The position numbers were made by a program, and so were the translations under genes. 64,000 nucleotides of DNA from Oikopleura dioica. Taxonomy: Eukaryota; Animalia; Chordata. Below are positions 1 through 12,019 of the stretch, piece after piece. The number at the start of each line of letters is the position of its first letter. The stretch's first letter is position 1. The DNA is taken from the NCBI GenBank assembly GCA_907165135.1, contig OU015567.1:10788001-10852000 (forward strand). The letters run 5' to 3'. Under the pieces are notes generated by a model that had not been told where the DNA came from, ran no database searches, and saw only the letters and a program-made list of their open reading frames with translations.

Positions 1-562
1 TGGCCGGGCTTTTGCTGCTGCTGTGGGCGACCGTATCGTGGTGGAGGGGTTCGGATCTTTCGGGCCTCTCGCGATCGGTTTCGCACGTGTCGGTGATGGA
101 TGGCGGCAGAAACGCAGTAGTACTGCTTCAAGTACAGCTAGAAATAAAAAATTTAAAAGTTGAAAAGCTTTCTAATTCAAGATAATTAATCTTGGATTAA
201 TAGAGAATTTATAAAAAAGTGAAGGATTTCCGATTAAATCTGAATGAAATTTCAATTTTCTCCTTCTTTGTTGTCGACAGTTTTCAGAAAAATTGTCGAT
301 TTATTTGTCGAAAGAATTTACCTTGGGGAGAGCGTACTGCTCGTAGACCGAAGCTTCAGCCAAATCTCTCATGGAAGCGGCATCGACCATGTTTCGGACG
401 ACGTACTTCTTGATGGCCTACGGAAAATCTACATTTCTGAATCAATTTGTGGAAAAATACCTTGTCCTTAGGGACACGAGCGGCAGAGTTTTCACATCGG
501 ACGAATCGGACGTGTCCTCGGCCTTTCTTGTTTCGTCCGTTATTTCTGCGCTTCTTGGTCAT
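1..562 (-). CDS. RPS26: 40S ribosomal protein S26 (eS26); 3 exons (562-461, 417-322, 137-<1), 3' end runs off the window
   Basis: Spliced translation [34 protein letters not shown]|[32 protein letters not shown]|[34 protein letters not shown] matches the eS26 family; GT-AG introns 460-418 and 321-138. Confidence 0.97.
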
Positions 563-939
563 TTTGGTGTCCGAAACGTCTGAAACGCGTTTCATTTAAA
601 TTTATTTTTAAGAAAAATGAAAGTGTCACAATATTTTTTAGGAAAAAGAAGAAAGTTCTGAGCAAATGTGGACTAATTTTTAAATCGAAGCAATAAAATA
701 GCATTAAAAATTTGAACGGTTCTGAAGAAAAACTAGAATAGTCGACTAGAAAGGGATTTTCCAAAAGAAGAAAATTTCAACGAAGCCTAAAATGGCCTAA
801 AATCCGTCAATTTTCGAGTTTCAAAAGCCGATTATCTTCTTGAAGGTATGATTAACTCTCTGACACGCCCTAGTGGCCTTCTGGAAGCACGGAAGGGCCA
901 GAAAAAGCGTTCAAGATTTCTCTCGTATTTGTAATGCCT

Positions 940-1071
940 CCAATCAGCTCGGCGGCCCAACCAAACTACACGTGAACGCCTACGTCTGATTGGTGCGCTC
1001 AAGTCCGCGCCGCCAATGGAGATTGCGCGTTCTCGCATCTAACGCGCTAAATGAAGAAACAACGCGCTAAA
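940..1071. promoter_or_regulatory. Probable bidirectional promoter between RPS26 (-) and LSM1 (+)
   Basis: GC-rich island with CCAAT at 940-944 and 1013-1017, ATTGG at 989-993, and an 11-bp direct repeat AACGCGCTAAA at 1041-1051 and 1061-1071; lies between divergent genes. Confidence 0.5.
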
Positions 1072-1432
1072 CTCATTCATTTCATTCCTCACTCTTTCTA
1101 TGACTCATGCTCTCGAGAAGTCCTCGCCAAATTCCATTTTCTATTCGTCCAAAATAATTTTTTATGAAAAATAATATTTTGTTTCTCATCTTTTTGATCA
1201 CCGTAACGGAAACAGTTTATCAAGAATTTTTTTATTTTCTAATAAAATTATTTTTAAAAATTTTAGTTTTCTAAAATTATTTAATAACTCTTATTCATTC
1301 ATAAACAACATTTCGTTGATGTCTCCTCGAATTTTCCGCTCCGAAAAATCTACGGCTTGATTTCTGATCTCAGATCAGTGATCTGAAACTGCATGCTATT
1401 GTCTGTAAAGGCCAGCTTCAGACTGTAATGAT

Positions 1433-2067
1433 ATGACCGACTATTTACCGGGCACCGCTGGACTCATCGAGGACATTGACAAGAAGCATTTAGTCGTCTT
1501 GCGCGACGGTCGAACTCTGATCGGCATCCTCCGCGCGATCGACCAATTCGCTAATCTCGTTCTTCACCAGACAGTCGAACGCATCCACGTCGACGGGTTC
1601 TTTGGCGACATTCCCAGAGGAATTTTTGTTGTCAGAGGTACATCAAATTCTTCATTCATGCTACTATACCTAATCACTTAAAAAGGGATCTCTTATTGTA
1701 GAAGTAAAGATTTTTTTATACTACTTACTCTTGATTTGATAAAACATGATTTCCAGTTGTGATTTTCCGGGCATGTTGTGCCTTCTAATTTCCGGCATTT
1801 ATAAAATGAGACTCGGGTCCAGTATCTCACATATAAAATGAAATTCTGAAACTTTTTGTTTCAGGTGAAAACGTAGCCCTATTCGGCGAGGTAGATTTGG
1901 AAAATGAAAACCGTGGTAATCTGCAGGAAGTTTCCGTGGAAGAAATCCTCGAGTTGCACCAACAAGTGACTGCGAGAAAAGACGAACTCGAGCGTCGAAA
2001 ATCGAGAGCGATGCGCGAACGCGGCCTCATCCCTCACCAAGATGTCCCCGACGATCTTTATTTCTAA
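1433..2067 (+). CDS. LSM1: U6 snRNA-associated Sm-like protein LSm1; exons 1433-1637, 1865-2067
   Basis: MTDYLPGTAGLIEDIDKKHLVVLRDGRTLIGILRAIDQFANLVLHQTVERIHV...RGIFVVRG|ENVALFGEVD is the LSm1 Sm1/Sm2 signature; GT-AG intron. Confidence 0.95.
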
Positions 2068-2383
2068 CACTTCCCCACGAAAGCGTTTCAGAAGAATCTT
2101 CTTTTTTCTTCTTCGAAAAAACAGGGAGCATCGAAGAAATATTTATTAAAAAACAATCGAGCTCACCGAAAACACTCTCCATTAAAAAAAAACTCTCCTT
2201 CTACCATTATTGCTACTGTTATTATTTCCTCTCTTCTTCTGCTCAATTCAAGATTCGTCTAATAATCTTTTGGGTTTCCAGTGTGTGACAAATTCACTAG
2301 CCAAGCAATGCTCAGATAGCAAACGGTTTTTCACTGAAATTCACTTTTTCAGAAGAGGAAGCTCTCGAAGAAAGAAAAGGAAG

Positions 2384-2792
2384 ATGAGTGCGATGCTGGA
2401 TGCTCTTGTTGGAAACAAGGTCGAAATTGTTACGAATGATGGAAGGAACGGAGATTTACTTTATTCAGACAAACTTTGTTAATTTTGATTTATTTTGTCA
2501 TCATAAATCTCCACTGTCAGAGTTGTAGTTGGCATCCTAAAAGGACTTGATCAGGTGGTCAACGTGGTTCTAGCAAATACTGAAGAAAGAGTGTTCACGC
2601 CCGAGGGAGTCGATCGCCAGGCCCTCGGACTTTACCTGATTAGAGGAGACAATGTCGCCGTTATTGGTAATCCCATTAATTCCCTTTCTTCAATCATCTA
2701 TCTTGTTAGGCGCCGTTGATGAAAACACAGAACTTGGGATGGACTTTTCTACAATCAAAGCCCAGCAACTACCGCCAATCGTCCACGACTAA
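2384..2792 (+). CDS. LSM8: Sm-like protein LSm8; exons 2384-2445, 2521-2666, 2710-2792
   Basis: MSAMLDALVGNKVEIVTNDGR|VVVGILKGLDQVVNVVLANTEERVF...LGLYLIRGDNVAVIG|AVDENTELGMDFSTIKAQQLPPIVHD is collinear with LSm8; the first intron requires a GA donor. Confidence 0.92.
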
Positions 2793-2996
2793 TTCCATCC
2801 CTAGCCCAAAAGTAATCACTTTTCTTCTGCCTTTCCTAATTAATTCTTTAGACTGCCCGAGACTCATGCAAGAAAAAAAAAGAAAAGCGAGAGAACTTTA
2901 CGCGCGTGATGTATATTTGAATCCTTCTATCCGTTCTAGTCCGTTCTACAATTTGAAAAGCCTATTTTCAATTCCTTAGATTTTTTTTATTTCAGA

Positions 2997-5900
2997 ATGT
3001 CCTATTTGGAAAATCTGACAATCACAATAATCGGACAGCCGGGGGACGGGCTTTCGAAGAAGATCGCCGACTCGGTCACAGCCGGCGGTGGAATTTTCGA
3101 CAAAAATGGAGTCTCCAAGGACACAACCCATGCGATTCTCGTCGGCTCGGAGAAAGACTACCTCAAGGAAATTGAAAAAGCAGTTGAAAATGGCGCTGCT
3201 GTGGTTCAACCCCGCTGGTTAGATGTCTGTTCTGTTCATCGACAAAAGATTCCGGTCCAGCCGTTCAAAATGATGCCTGGCCCAAGCCCGCTGTTTTCGG
3301 ACATGGTCTTCACCGCTTCCGGATTGAGTAAGGGCGACAAGATTAAGTTAGCTGCGTTGGTAACCTTCCACGGGGGAAAGTATACTCGTGCGCTAAATCA
3401 GAATACTACTCATCTAGTGACGCACAAGCCGATCGGAGAAAAGTACGATAAAGCACTGAATATTGGTAAGTTCTAAATACAGAGAGCCTTTGTTTGAACC
3501 GTTTTAAGATTTCATTCGTAAGGTTACTCCTGGTTGGGTCCTTACTTCGGCCAAAAGTAGAGCCTTGAAAAATACAGCTGATTATGATCCTGCAAACGTA
3601 ATTCCTGGTGCAGAGCACTTGCCTGATGCAGCACAGAAGAATGCACCAACAAATTCTTCATCAATCCAGACAGCATTGAAAACACCAGCCTCAGGCAGTC
3701 AAAAAGCTCCTAGCAAGGCTAAAAGTCGACGAAAACGAAGCCCCAACTCAGAACCTAAGAAAGCATCAACGAGAAAGACGAACAATAAGAAAAATTCGAA
3801 TTCTGTCGCGGCACAGAATAATTCTGGTAGTTCTGGACAGAAAGTAGTGAAAGTAGCCACGCCGGTTTCGACGATGGCGCCGCCAAATCAAGTCATTGCC
3901 GGTAATTCCTTGATTTAATCTTCAAGTAGAGTGTCGTGTCTTTTCAGGGCCGGTCTACTCAACTGCGCCCGCGTCACCATCAATTTCGACAGCTAGTCCC
4001 AGTTTCGTCCACCAGATTGTAACGCCACCGTCATCTCAAAGTCATAAAGGACAGGTGATTGCCGGGCCGACGAGAGGCCCTTCAAACCCATCTACTCCTA
4101 ATAATCAACCTCAATACATTGTCGTGTCAAGTTCTGCTCCTCAAATCTCTGGACAGATAATCGCTTCTTCGGGACCGGTTCAATCTGGCAATCAAGACGG
4201 ACAGACGCAAATTATCCAGAGTGTCTCTCCAATGATGGGAAATACGTCAAGCCCCCATGCACAGGTAAGCAGGTCAATTGGTTTCAACTTATCTATATGA
4301 AATATATAGATCATCAATAGCAGTCACCAAAGAGTGCTTAATGTTCCAGTTCAAATGACTGCCTCACAGTCAACGGGAGCTCATCCTCAGTCTCCAATGT
4401 TTATTCGACCGGTACAAGCATTCCCAGGAAACACGATTCAAATGGTCACGCAAAATGGAACTCAAGTTATTCATAGCCCAATCCAGCATCAACCACCACA
4501 ATCGCCACAGGTTCCTATCGATGAAATTGAAAGTGTTTTTATTGAAATTTAAGACGACACAAGCTCCACAAATGATGCAAGGGCAAATGATCGTGAATCA
4601 AGGAATCATCAGTCAACAAAATAACATCATCCATCAAGGACAGGTACCATCTTCCACAGCAAATCTCCTCTACCTTTCCTCTAGCCAAATATGATTCCAC
4701 AGCAAGTACAAGCTCTCCCATCTGTGCAAGGGCAACATATTGTCGTTCAACATCATCCGGGTCCTGGTCAATCGCCGAACACGCCGGTCCCCGTTCCTGT
4801 TCAAGAAGCCGTTCAAATGATTCCCAATCAGCAAATTGCTTCGCCAGGAGTAAAGATGGCTCACCAAGGAGCTCCGATGATGGTGAATCAAGCATATGCC
4901 CGGGAACATATACAACCTCAATATCAAAGACAAAACGCAATTCATCCAAATTATCAAAATGCAGGGATGCATCAGCCCGGTCTGCAGGAACGGGCTTTAT
5001 CTCATTAACTTTCTTGTTCTGATTTTATTTCGCTAGTAAGCTAATTATCGAGATTCCAATTATCGCCGATGAAGCTCCATTAAGTCGCCGCGTTCTCCAC
5101 TAGTTCCAGGTCATGCTCGGCGCATGCAAAAGCCGCAAATGCTCGTTCCAATAACATGTCCAGAAGAAGAGCTTCACTCCACTATCAAACACGAGCACGA
5201 ATACTTTACCGTCGAAAATGAATCTGATATTTCACCGAAATTCTTGTGCTTTATTGGGTGCGTTTTCTACTTTGCCCCTGATGTGAAAAAAGTTTGCAAA
5301 AAATGACGACTTCGCGAGACGCTTCTTGGATTGGAAAGGAAAGATTCAGCTTCACGGAGGACTTGTCGAAGACACCTATAATAAAGGAAGAGTTCTATCT
5401 GAAAGCCAATCATAGTAATCAATTAATTTTGATGAGCAGAAAAAGTGCGTCATCGTTTTAGCATAATAAATTTGAACTCGGATAATAGTCACTTGTACCC
5501 ACTTAGTGTCAGAGGATTGCGACACTGACGAAGTAAAAGCGGCACTGGCAGATCAAAAGCGATGCGTTTCCATTGCTTGGCTTGAATGGTGCGTCGAAAA
5601 GCGAAAAGTCAATCCTCCTCGCTGCCTGCTCCATGTTCCTACCCCTGGCTCTGCCAAACTCAACTTGAAAGACAAGTTTCGCGTTTCAACAAGCAATTTT
5701 CAACCCAAAACGAAGGAATACGTTCATTCAGGACTTCTACGACTTGGAATTACTGTTACAAAAATGCTGTATAAAGAAACTGACATGTTGATTGTTCCCA
5801 AAACTGTGGGGCAAAAGTATACAACGGCAATTTATCATGAAACCCCGTGTGTTTCTCTTCATTGGTTGAGAGAAGCTTTGCTCGGAATGCCAAGAGCTTT

Positions 5901-7010
5901 CAACGGGTAAGTAAAACGAACGAAAAACTTTTCCTAATCAAATCTAAGTGGCTGGCGGGAAGATTCCTACAAAGTCAACGACGGTTCAAAAGGCTTTCTA
6001 GCCCTCTGTCTAAGCGACAAAAACGAGTTTGATGCTAAAATGCTCAATGCTTGGAAGAAGCCGATTAAAATCGAAGCTGACTTCGAACTTCGAGCAAAAT
6101 TAAAGCGTGATTATCAAAACGCCAATCAAAATGAGATCAGCTCTCCGAACGGTCCACCAGACCAGAAGAAGCAGAAGATAACTTACAGAATGACGCCGCG
6201 TGTAATGCTTACTGGCTTTAATGCTCAAGAAACTAAAGATCTGTCTGAAAAGATAAAGGTATATCGTCTCATGATCGCTAGTAACGTCTTTAAGACTTTT
6301 TTCAAATTCTGAATATTTATGATTTCGGTTAATTAACCATTAATTAGGCCATTGGCGGAGAAATCGCGTCAGATACCGATATGACGCACCTAGTCGCAAA
6401 AGAATTCCGAAGAACAGTCAAATGGTACTGCGCCATGCACATCGTTAAATACGTTGTTACTCCCGAATGGGTCAACGAGTCATTCAGCTCGAAATGGTTC
6501 CTCGACGAAGATAAGTTTTGGCTGAGCGATCCTCGCAAAGAACAACTCTTCAATTTTCACATTAGACAGAGTGTAGAGCGCGCGAGGGAGCACCGTGTTT
6601 TCAATGGATATCGCTTTGCTTTGCTTTCTGACAAGATTGTTCCAGCTCCTGATGTACTGGAGAAAATAATTAGGTCCGGCGGCGGGCGGTTTTTGACAGC
6701 GATGCCGAGTATCAAGTCCCTGCTTTCAGTAAAGAAGCAGAGAGACGAAGATCCTCGTTCTTGCTGGCCCGGTAATTAAATCTTTTACTGTTTGATTCTA
6801 TTCTGATATTCTAGTGATAATCATCGCCAACAACGATAAAGCGTCCATGGAACAAGTGCGACTATTGCGCGACTCTCAGGAGAATGTTCGAACGCTTTCT
6901 AGGCGACATCGGCTTTTAGCCGGTGCTTTGTTATTATGTTATTCTGTCGCGAGGCCTGAATGTTATTAGAATCAAAATGCAGACAGCTATCGATATATCA
7001 TTGACAGAAA
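2997..7010 (+). CDS. PAXIP1: PAX-interacting protein 1 (PTIP), multi-BRCT protein with central Gln-rich region; multi-exon, 3' end approximate
   Basis: Two N-terminal BRCT-like repeats (THAILV..., FHGGKYTRALNQNTTHLVT), a Q/P-rich middle, and further BRCT pairs (CTHLVSE, RCVSIAWL, THLVAKEFRRTVKWYCAMHIVKYVVTPEWV, IIRSGGG). One apparent +1 slip in an A-run near 5303. Confidence 0.85.
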
Positions 7011-7949
7011 TCGCCTTGCAGTCGCAATTAATATTCGTTTGGATTTATTCATTTGCGGTTCCCAAAAGTTCATTTCAGTTAAATTCTACAGATTGAAACA
7101 TATCCTAAAGTAGTGCCATAGTGGTCGCCTTTTGACCTCAATTTTAATAAGAATTAATCCTTATGGACTTCCATATCGTTTATCGAACATTTGGTAGATT
7201 CAATGTTTCGCGTCAGAACTTATTTTAAACGCGTCAGTCAAACAACGCCTCGAGTTCCACAACTTCACGATCAACCCTCCTCAGCATCCACGCTAGTATT
7301 TTTAGCTTTAATTCCAGACCAGCCGAATTCCTGCCCATTCTACTTTTTCATATTTTTGACAGTTCATTTTCTTCATCTTTTTACTGATATTTTATGATTC
7401 TAAAACAGGGAAACATCTTTCATCGACAAAAGGATTAGTGCTTTTGAACTAAGCGTTTATTCTTATTTTATTGATTTATACTCTAATTCCCAGCTGAGAG
7501 GATAATATTTTGTGAATCCTATTATAATCTACTAGTGATAGATATATGCATGGCATTTTATTAGATTATTGCAGTATTCGAATTTCATACAGAGTGGTGA
7601 GGGGGAGATATCCTCCTCTTTTTAAATGTCAGTAGAGCAGTATCATCCTTGTCACGTGTCTAAAAGGAATTGGATATTAGTTAGGGGTTACCAAGTTAGA
7701 ACAGACCTTTGGTGCTTCTATCAGTCGTTTTCGTTCCATTTCAGTCATGTGCAGCGGATTTCGTCGATATTGCAGGCTTTCAAAAATCATGCTTGAGGTA
7801 CCTTCATTATTCGTGCCTTCATCTGGGTGCTCTTCTTTTATACATGGTTTTATAATTTAAGAACAGTCAGTAAAAACGTCATAATGCGAGTACGCTTTGA
7901 TGGAAGCGCATTCATGTATTTATAGATGACCGCACATGCTTCTCGTTCG

Positions 7950-9135
7950 TTACATAACGATTGCAAAATCAAGGCCTATTGAATCCAGCGTAGTAGAATG
8001 TTGATGGAGGTCAAGAAGTTCTGTTCGCTGTTCTTCTGATGATCGTTTGCCGTGCATAACCCGGCGATTTCCCTCCAAAAGTTTTCGATTAAATTTATTC
8101 GGATGGTTTATATAGATCAACTCATTCCTTTTGAACATAAGTGTTTTGCATCGCCTGCGCTTCAATCACCGTTGATCTCGTTGTACCATAAAGTGCACCC
8201 GCTACAACCGCGATTCCAGCGATGACGCCGCAGATGACATAAAAGAATGTCTGTTGTATAAGTCCGAATAGCTAGAATTGATAAAGAAGGGCTACTTTTT
8301 GATAGCAAGTACCTTTACATTTTGATAATTTCTATCGGCGAAAGGAATTTCTAGTTCGTTGTAAATTGTAATCGTTATCGGTGCTGGTATCGAAACAAGC
8401 TACGAAAGTTATTTATTCGTAACTATATGACCCATTGTCATACCTGACATATGCTAATGTTAAAGTAAAGTTGATAAAAATCTCTGTATCCATAAGTACG
8501 CGCCGTTGACAGGCTCAGAACCTCTTTCGCGGCAATACTTTTAGGCGTCTAATAAAATTGATGAATTTTGCCCGATATTCAAAGAAGAATAGAAACTAAC
8601 CTTTGACTCAGGAGTACAAAGAAAGACCTGCGTGCAGTTGATATTGTAATTACTGTATTTATTTTCGGCGGTATAGTGGAGCTTTCGCTTGACACCTGAC
8701 TTACTGGGGATTTTAATTGAACTTGAACCTTTCTTTCTCTATGAAAATGAGCCGTACTCGATTGCACGCATCCTCATAGACATTCTGTCAATTAAAAACC
8801 TTTCGCATAATGAAATCAGCCTTTTTCGGAATCATATTGCAAAAAAATTTCAGTGGATAAAATTTATCTTACACTCCGGACTCTCATTGACTACTAAATT
8901 TGATCCGAGACTGAACAACAGGACAATCTGTCAGCAACGCTTCTTCCCATAACACTTTCTCTCCCGTGATATTAAACTCTTGCTTCCACCGCTTTCCAAT
9001 CGGGAAGACTGTACGTTCTGCGAAACTCTTCGTGCAATTCTTGCTCTTGAATTCTGTGTTTATCTCGTCGCAATTCTTCCTTGCTGCCTCGATCTCAGCC
9101 GCATTTGATCGAAGGAAAAACAGTAAGAAAAACAT
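7950..9135 (-). CDS. Putative orphan single-pass (type I) membrane protein, multi-exon; extent approximate
   Basis: Hydrophobic N-terminus MFFLLFFLRSNA at 9135, Cys-containing exons (ARKNCDEINTEFKSKNCTKSF; NYNINCTQVFLCTPESK) and an exon with a TM segment (FFYVICGVIAGIAVVAGALYG, ~8250-8190), each bounded by GT/AG. Not all exon phases were resolved and no family was recognised. Confidence 0.4.
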
Positions 9136-9525
9136 AATTTCTAGCCGTTGGAGAAAAACTTGGAGATCATGCGCATATCCTCGGAATACCGTCGATCTGC
9201 GGAGCAAAACTCTGATGCCTTTTTCTACCATTGACGTGGAGCGCCCTCTTCAGATAAATTCTGAGCGCCGGACAAAAAATGACATGGTATTTTTTAATAA
9301 GTTTAACTTGCGATAATAGCATTTCTCTGATAGAGTCTATTTAATTTAGACAAGCTTAGCATTTATTTCTTGAGCTCAGTCTATTTTTGAAAATCACAAG
9401 TGACCATTTTGGTTATAAAAATGAAAAATTCTCTAGAACGTTACTTGCCTTCCAGTGTGTTTGTTAAATAATCTTCAGTTTTCAAGTAGCCGCGTTTTGG
9501 GAAAGAACTGCGCTCGAAGAATAAG

Positions 9526-10862
9526 ATGACGATTAAAAAGCAGCGGCTGGGCGAGTACCGCAAGTCAATGGCAACTAACCCTCTTTTGCTCTTCGTAAGT
9601 TTATTTCGTGTTGATTTCATTTTATAAAATACAGTAGTGTAGTGACACAAAAAGTTCATTTGGGAAAGATTTACTGCGTTCGAAATTGTCCTTTTTTGAT
9701 AAACTAATTAGCCAACGTCACATCTTGCCAAAGTGCACAATGTTCTAAAACAACATGAACTACATCATATCATGAATAAAATTATATGATGGAGCATGAT
9801 TTTAAGTCAGCACGTATCCAGTCTTCGGGGAACTGTAATCTTGGGATTAGTGGGTATCGTTCGCACTATAAGCGCCTTGAATAAATATAGATTGAGCTTG
9901 ACCAATAATTTGGAACGCTTTTTATACGGAAGAAATCACGATTTTTGTGATTTCTACCTCAGTTTAAATAATTTTATTTAGCCTCCTGTCGGTCGGCCAC
10001 TGGTCCGCGGATACACCTTGCCCGGCCCGGACTTTGTGTATGGCATGAAAAATATTGATGATCCAGCAGGAGCCGCCGGAGCCATGAGACAAGATCACGA
10101 TGTAAGTTTTAGAAAAACAAATAAGGCTCTAGAACTAATAATTCTTAGATTTGTAAAAAGGCGAGCCACCACACCCTTGCGAAGGATTTCATCGCGCTCA
10201 ACCGCGAGTCGATCAAGAACGGGCTTGTTACCGAGAAGGAGCAGAAGCAGTTCCGCAAGACGCATGATATCAGACGCAAAAACAGCCAGAACCAGGGCAA
10301 GATCAGTGACACTTCTCCACCTGACATATACTTTGGCGTCCCGACCAGGCCCTCGACCCCTATTTTTGACCTTCTTGGTGAGTCCTCCTTGATTCCGATC
10401 TCTTCTAGTCCAGATTTTTACCCCATTCCTTTTAAGACAAATACTTTAGAACACAAATACCAAACAATTTGGACTGAGCAGCAGCTTCAGCGCGAAGATC
10501 GCTCCAAAGAAGCCTCAACCGTCAAACATCGCATTGGCAAGAACAAGAACGGTGACATCGTCGTCTTCGAGACCAAGGTAAAAAGGACAATTGACAGTGA
10601 TTCTAATCAACTCAAGGCTTCGCAAATGAGAAAAGCTCAACACATCGTAGAAGACAAGGGTCTCTGGCAAATGTCAAAATTCAAAAGGTCGGACCTCATC
10701 TCAAGACCTTCCGATCTGATTCTGATCGAGATGCTGCTTTTGAGGTAAGTCAACTCGAGTAAATCAAACTCGTTCAAATTTAAACTTCAGGCTCACATGC
10801 ACGATCGAAGCGGCCGACAAGGCATTCAAGGTCACGGCGTCTATCAACCTTCTAAGTCCTAA
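9526..10862 (+). CDS. CFAP77: Cilia- and flagella-associated protein 77 (C9orf171 family)
   Basis: Exons give QRLGEYRKSMATNPLLLF|PPVGRPLVRGYTLPGPDFVYGM...KDFIALNRESIKNGLVTEKEQKQFRKTHDIRR...FGVPTRPSTPIFDLL|EHKYQTIWTEQQ...GLWQMSKFK, matching conserved CFAP77 motifs. Confidence 0.85.
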
Positions 10863-11999
10863 TCATCTGCTTATTTACAGTCACTGATCTAAATAAATAT
10901 AATCATATTTCAAGTTTAACAGGTATGAAACCTGAGGTACTTGAGTCTCGAAGGAGAAATGACCCGACTAAGTGGGTGAGAAATTACATTCTCTGACGAT
11001 GTTTCGATGAAATAACGCTATAAAATTTAAGTGTGCTCATAAGTATACTGCGTGGTCGCTGTATAGTACAGTACAGAAGATTAAGTGCAAAAGAAAACTG
11101 AACCGTACTGTACATTTATCTAAACTTGAGCAGTATATTTGCCGACTCCAATCTGTGGGTAGTCAGAAATTTGCTACAATCGTCTCTTTCCTAGAAATTA
11201 TTAACTAAAAATAAAAACTCTGAAGCGAACAGTTGCAGAATCTTTTACGAGGCTCTTATGCAAATGATGACCGCATATTCTAGTCAAATGGTTCCCCGAT
11301 AGGTTGGATAATCGGTTTTTGGGTACTTTTGGTGGTAACGCTTATGTCTCTATTTTTAATTCTAAAATGCGTATTAAGACTTCTTGGCTAAGTCTTTTCC
11401 GTTTAGAAACGAATAAGGTTAATGCAAAGTACCGTCAATACTTGTCTAGACTTGATGTACCGTTTTTCAAACAAAAAATAACTTTTTCAAATGAGGTAAA
11501 GAAATGGAAAAAATACCAAATAAATGAAAGTAACTCGTGTTCTCAATGTTAGCGGTGGTTAATCCGCACCATCCGAGTTTCAATGATCAAAAGCGAGAAT
11601 ATTTTGCTATTGATATCATATTGCAAGTTAGAAGTAACTGCTCAGTTCATCTTCTTTAACACGTTTGCATATTATGAATAAAATATTTCTTTTAAAAGGT
11701 ACTTTGTATAGTATTTGTTTCTAAAATATTTTTGACAAATAAATTTTAGAGATTGTTGAATCTGAAACGAAGGACGTAGATGTTGGTCAAATTAAAATTC
11801 CTCAATAAAGAACCTTATAAAGAAGAAGAATGATAATAATCTGATGAACAAAATTAAGCGAATTCTGCAAGAATTTTTGTCGGAAATCGTCCTCCATTTG
11901 CGATATATATTGATATTCGGGCGGTAGACACTTCGAACGGACGTACCTCGCGCGACTCTAATCCTTGGCGCTCGTGCGTGCTCTTCTGTTTCCGCTTAG

Positions 12000-12006
12000 T
12001 ATAAAA
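12000..12006 (+). promoter_or_regulatory. TATA box upstream of the homeobox gene
   Basis: TATAAAA immediately upstream of the ORF, preceded by a GC-rich segment (11915-11995). Confidence 0.5.
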
Positions 12007-12019
12007 GTCAATGTTTTAA

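Noticed and set aside
4539-4972. Minus-strand ORFs overlapping PAXIP1, and similar antisense ORFs over ALS2, GSTCD and the 59-63 kb gene
   Set aside because: They are shadow frames of strongly supported plus-strand coding sequence.
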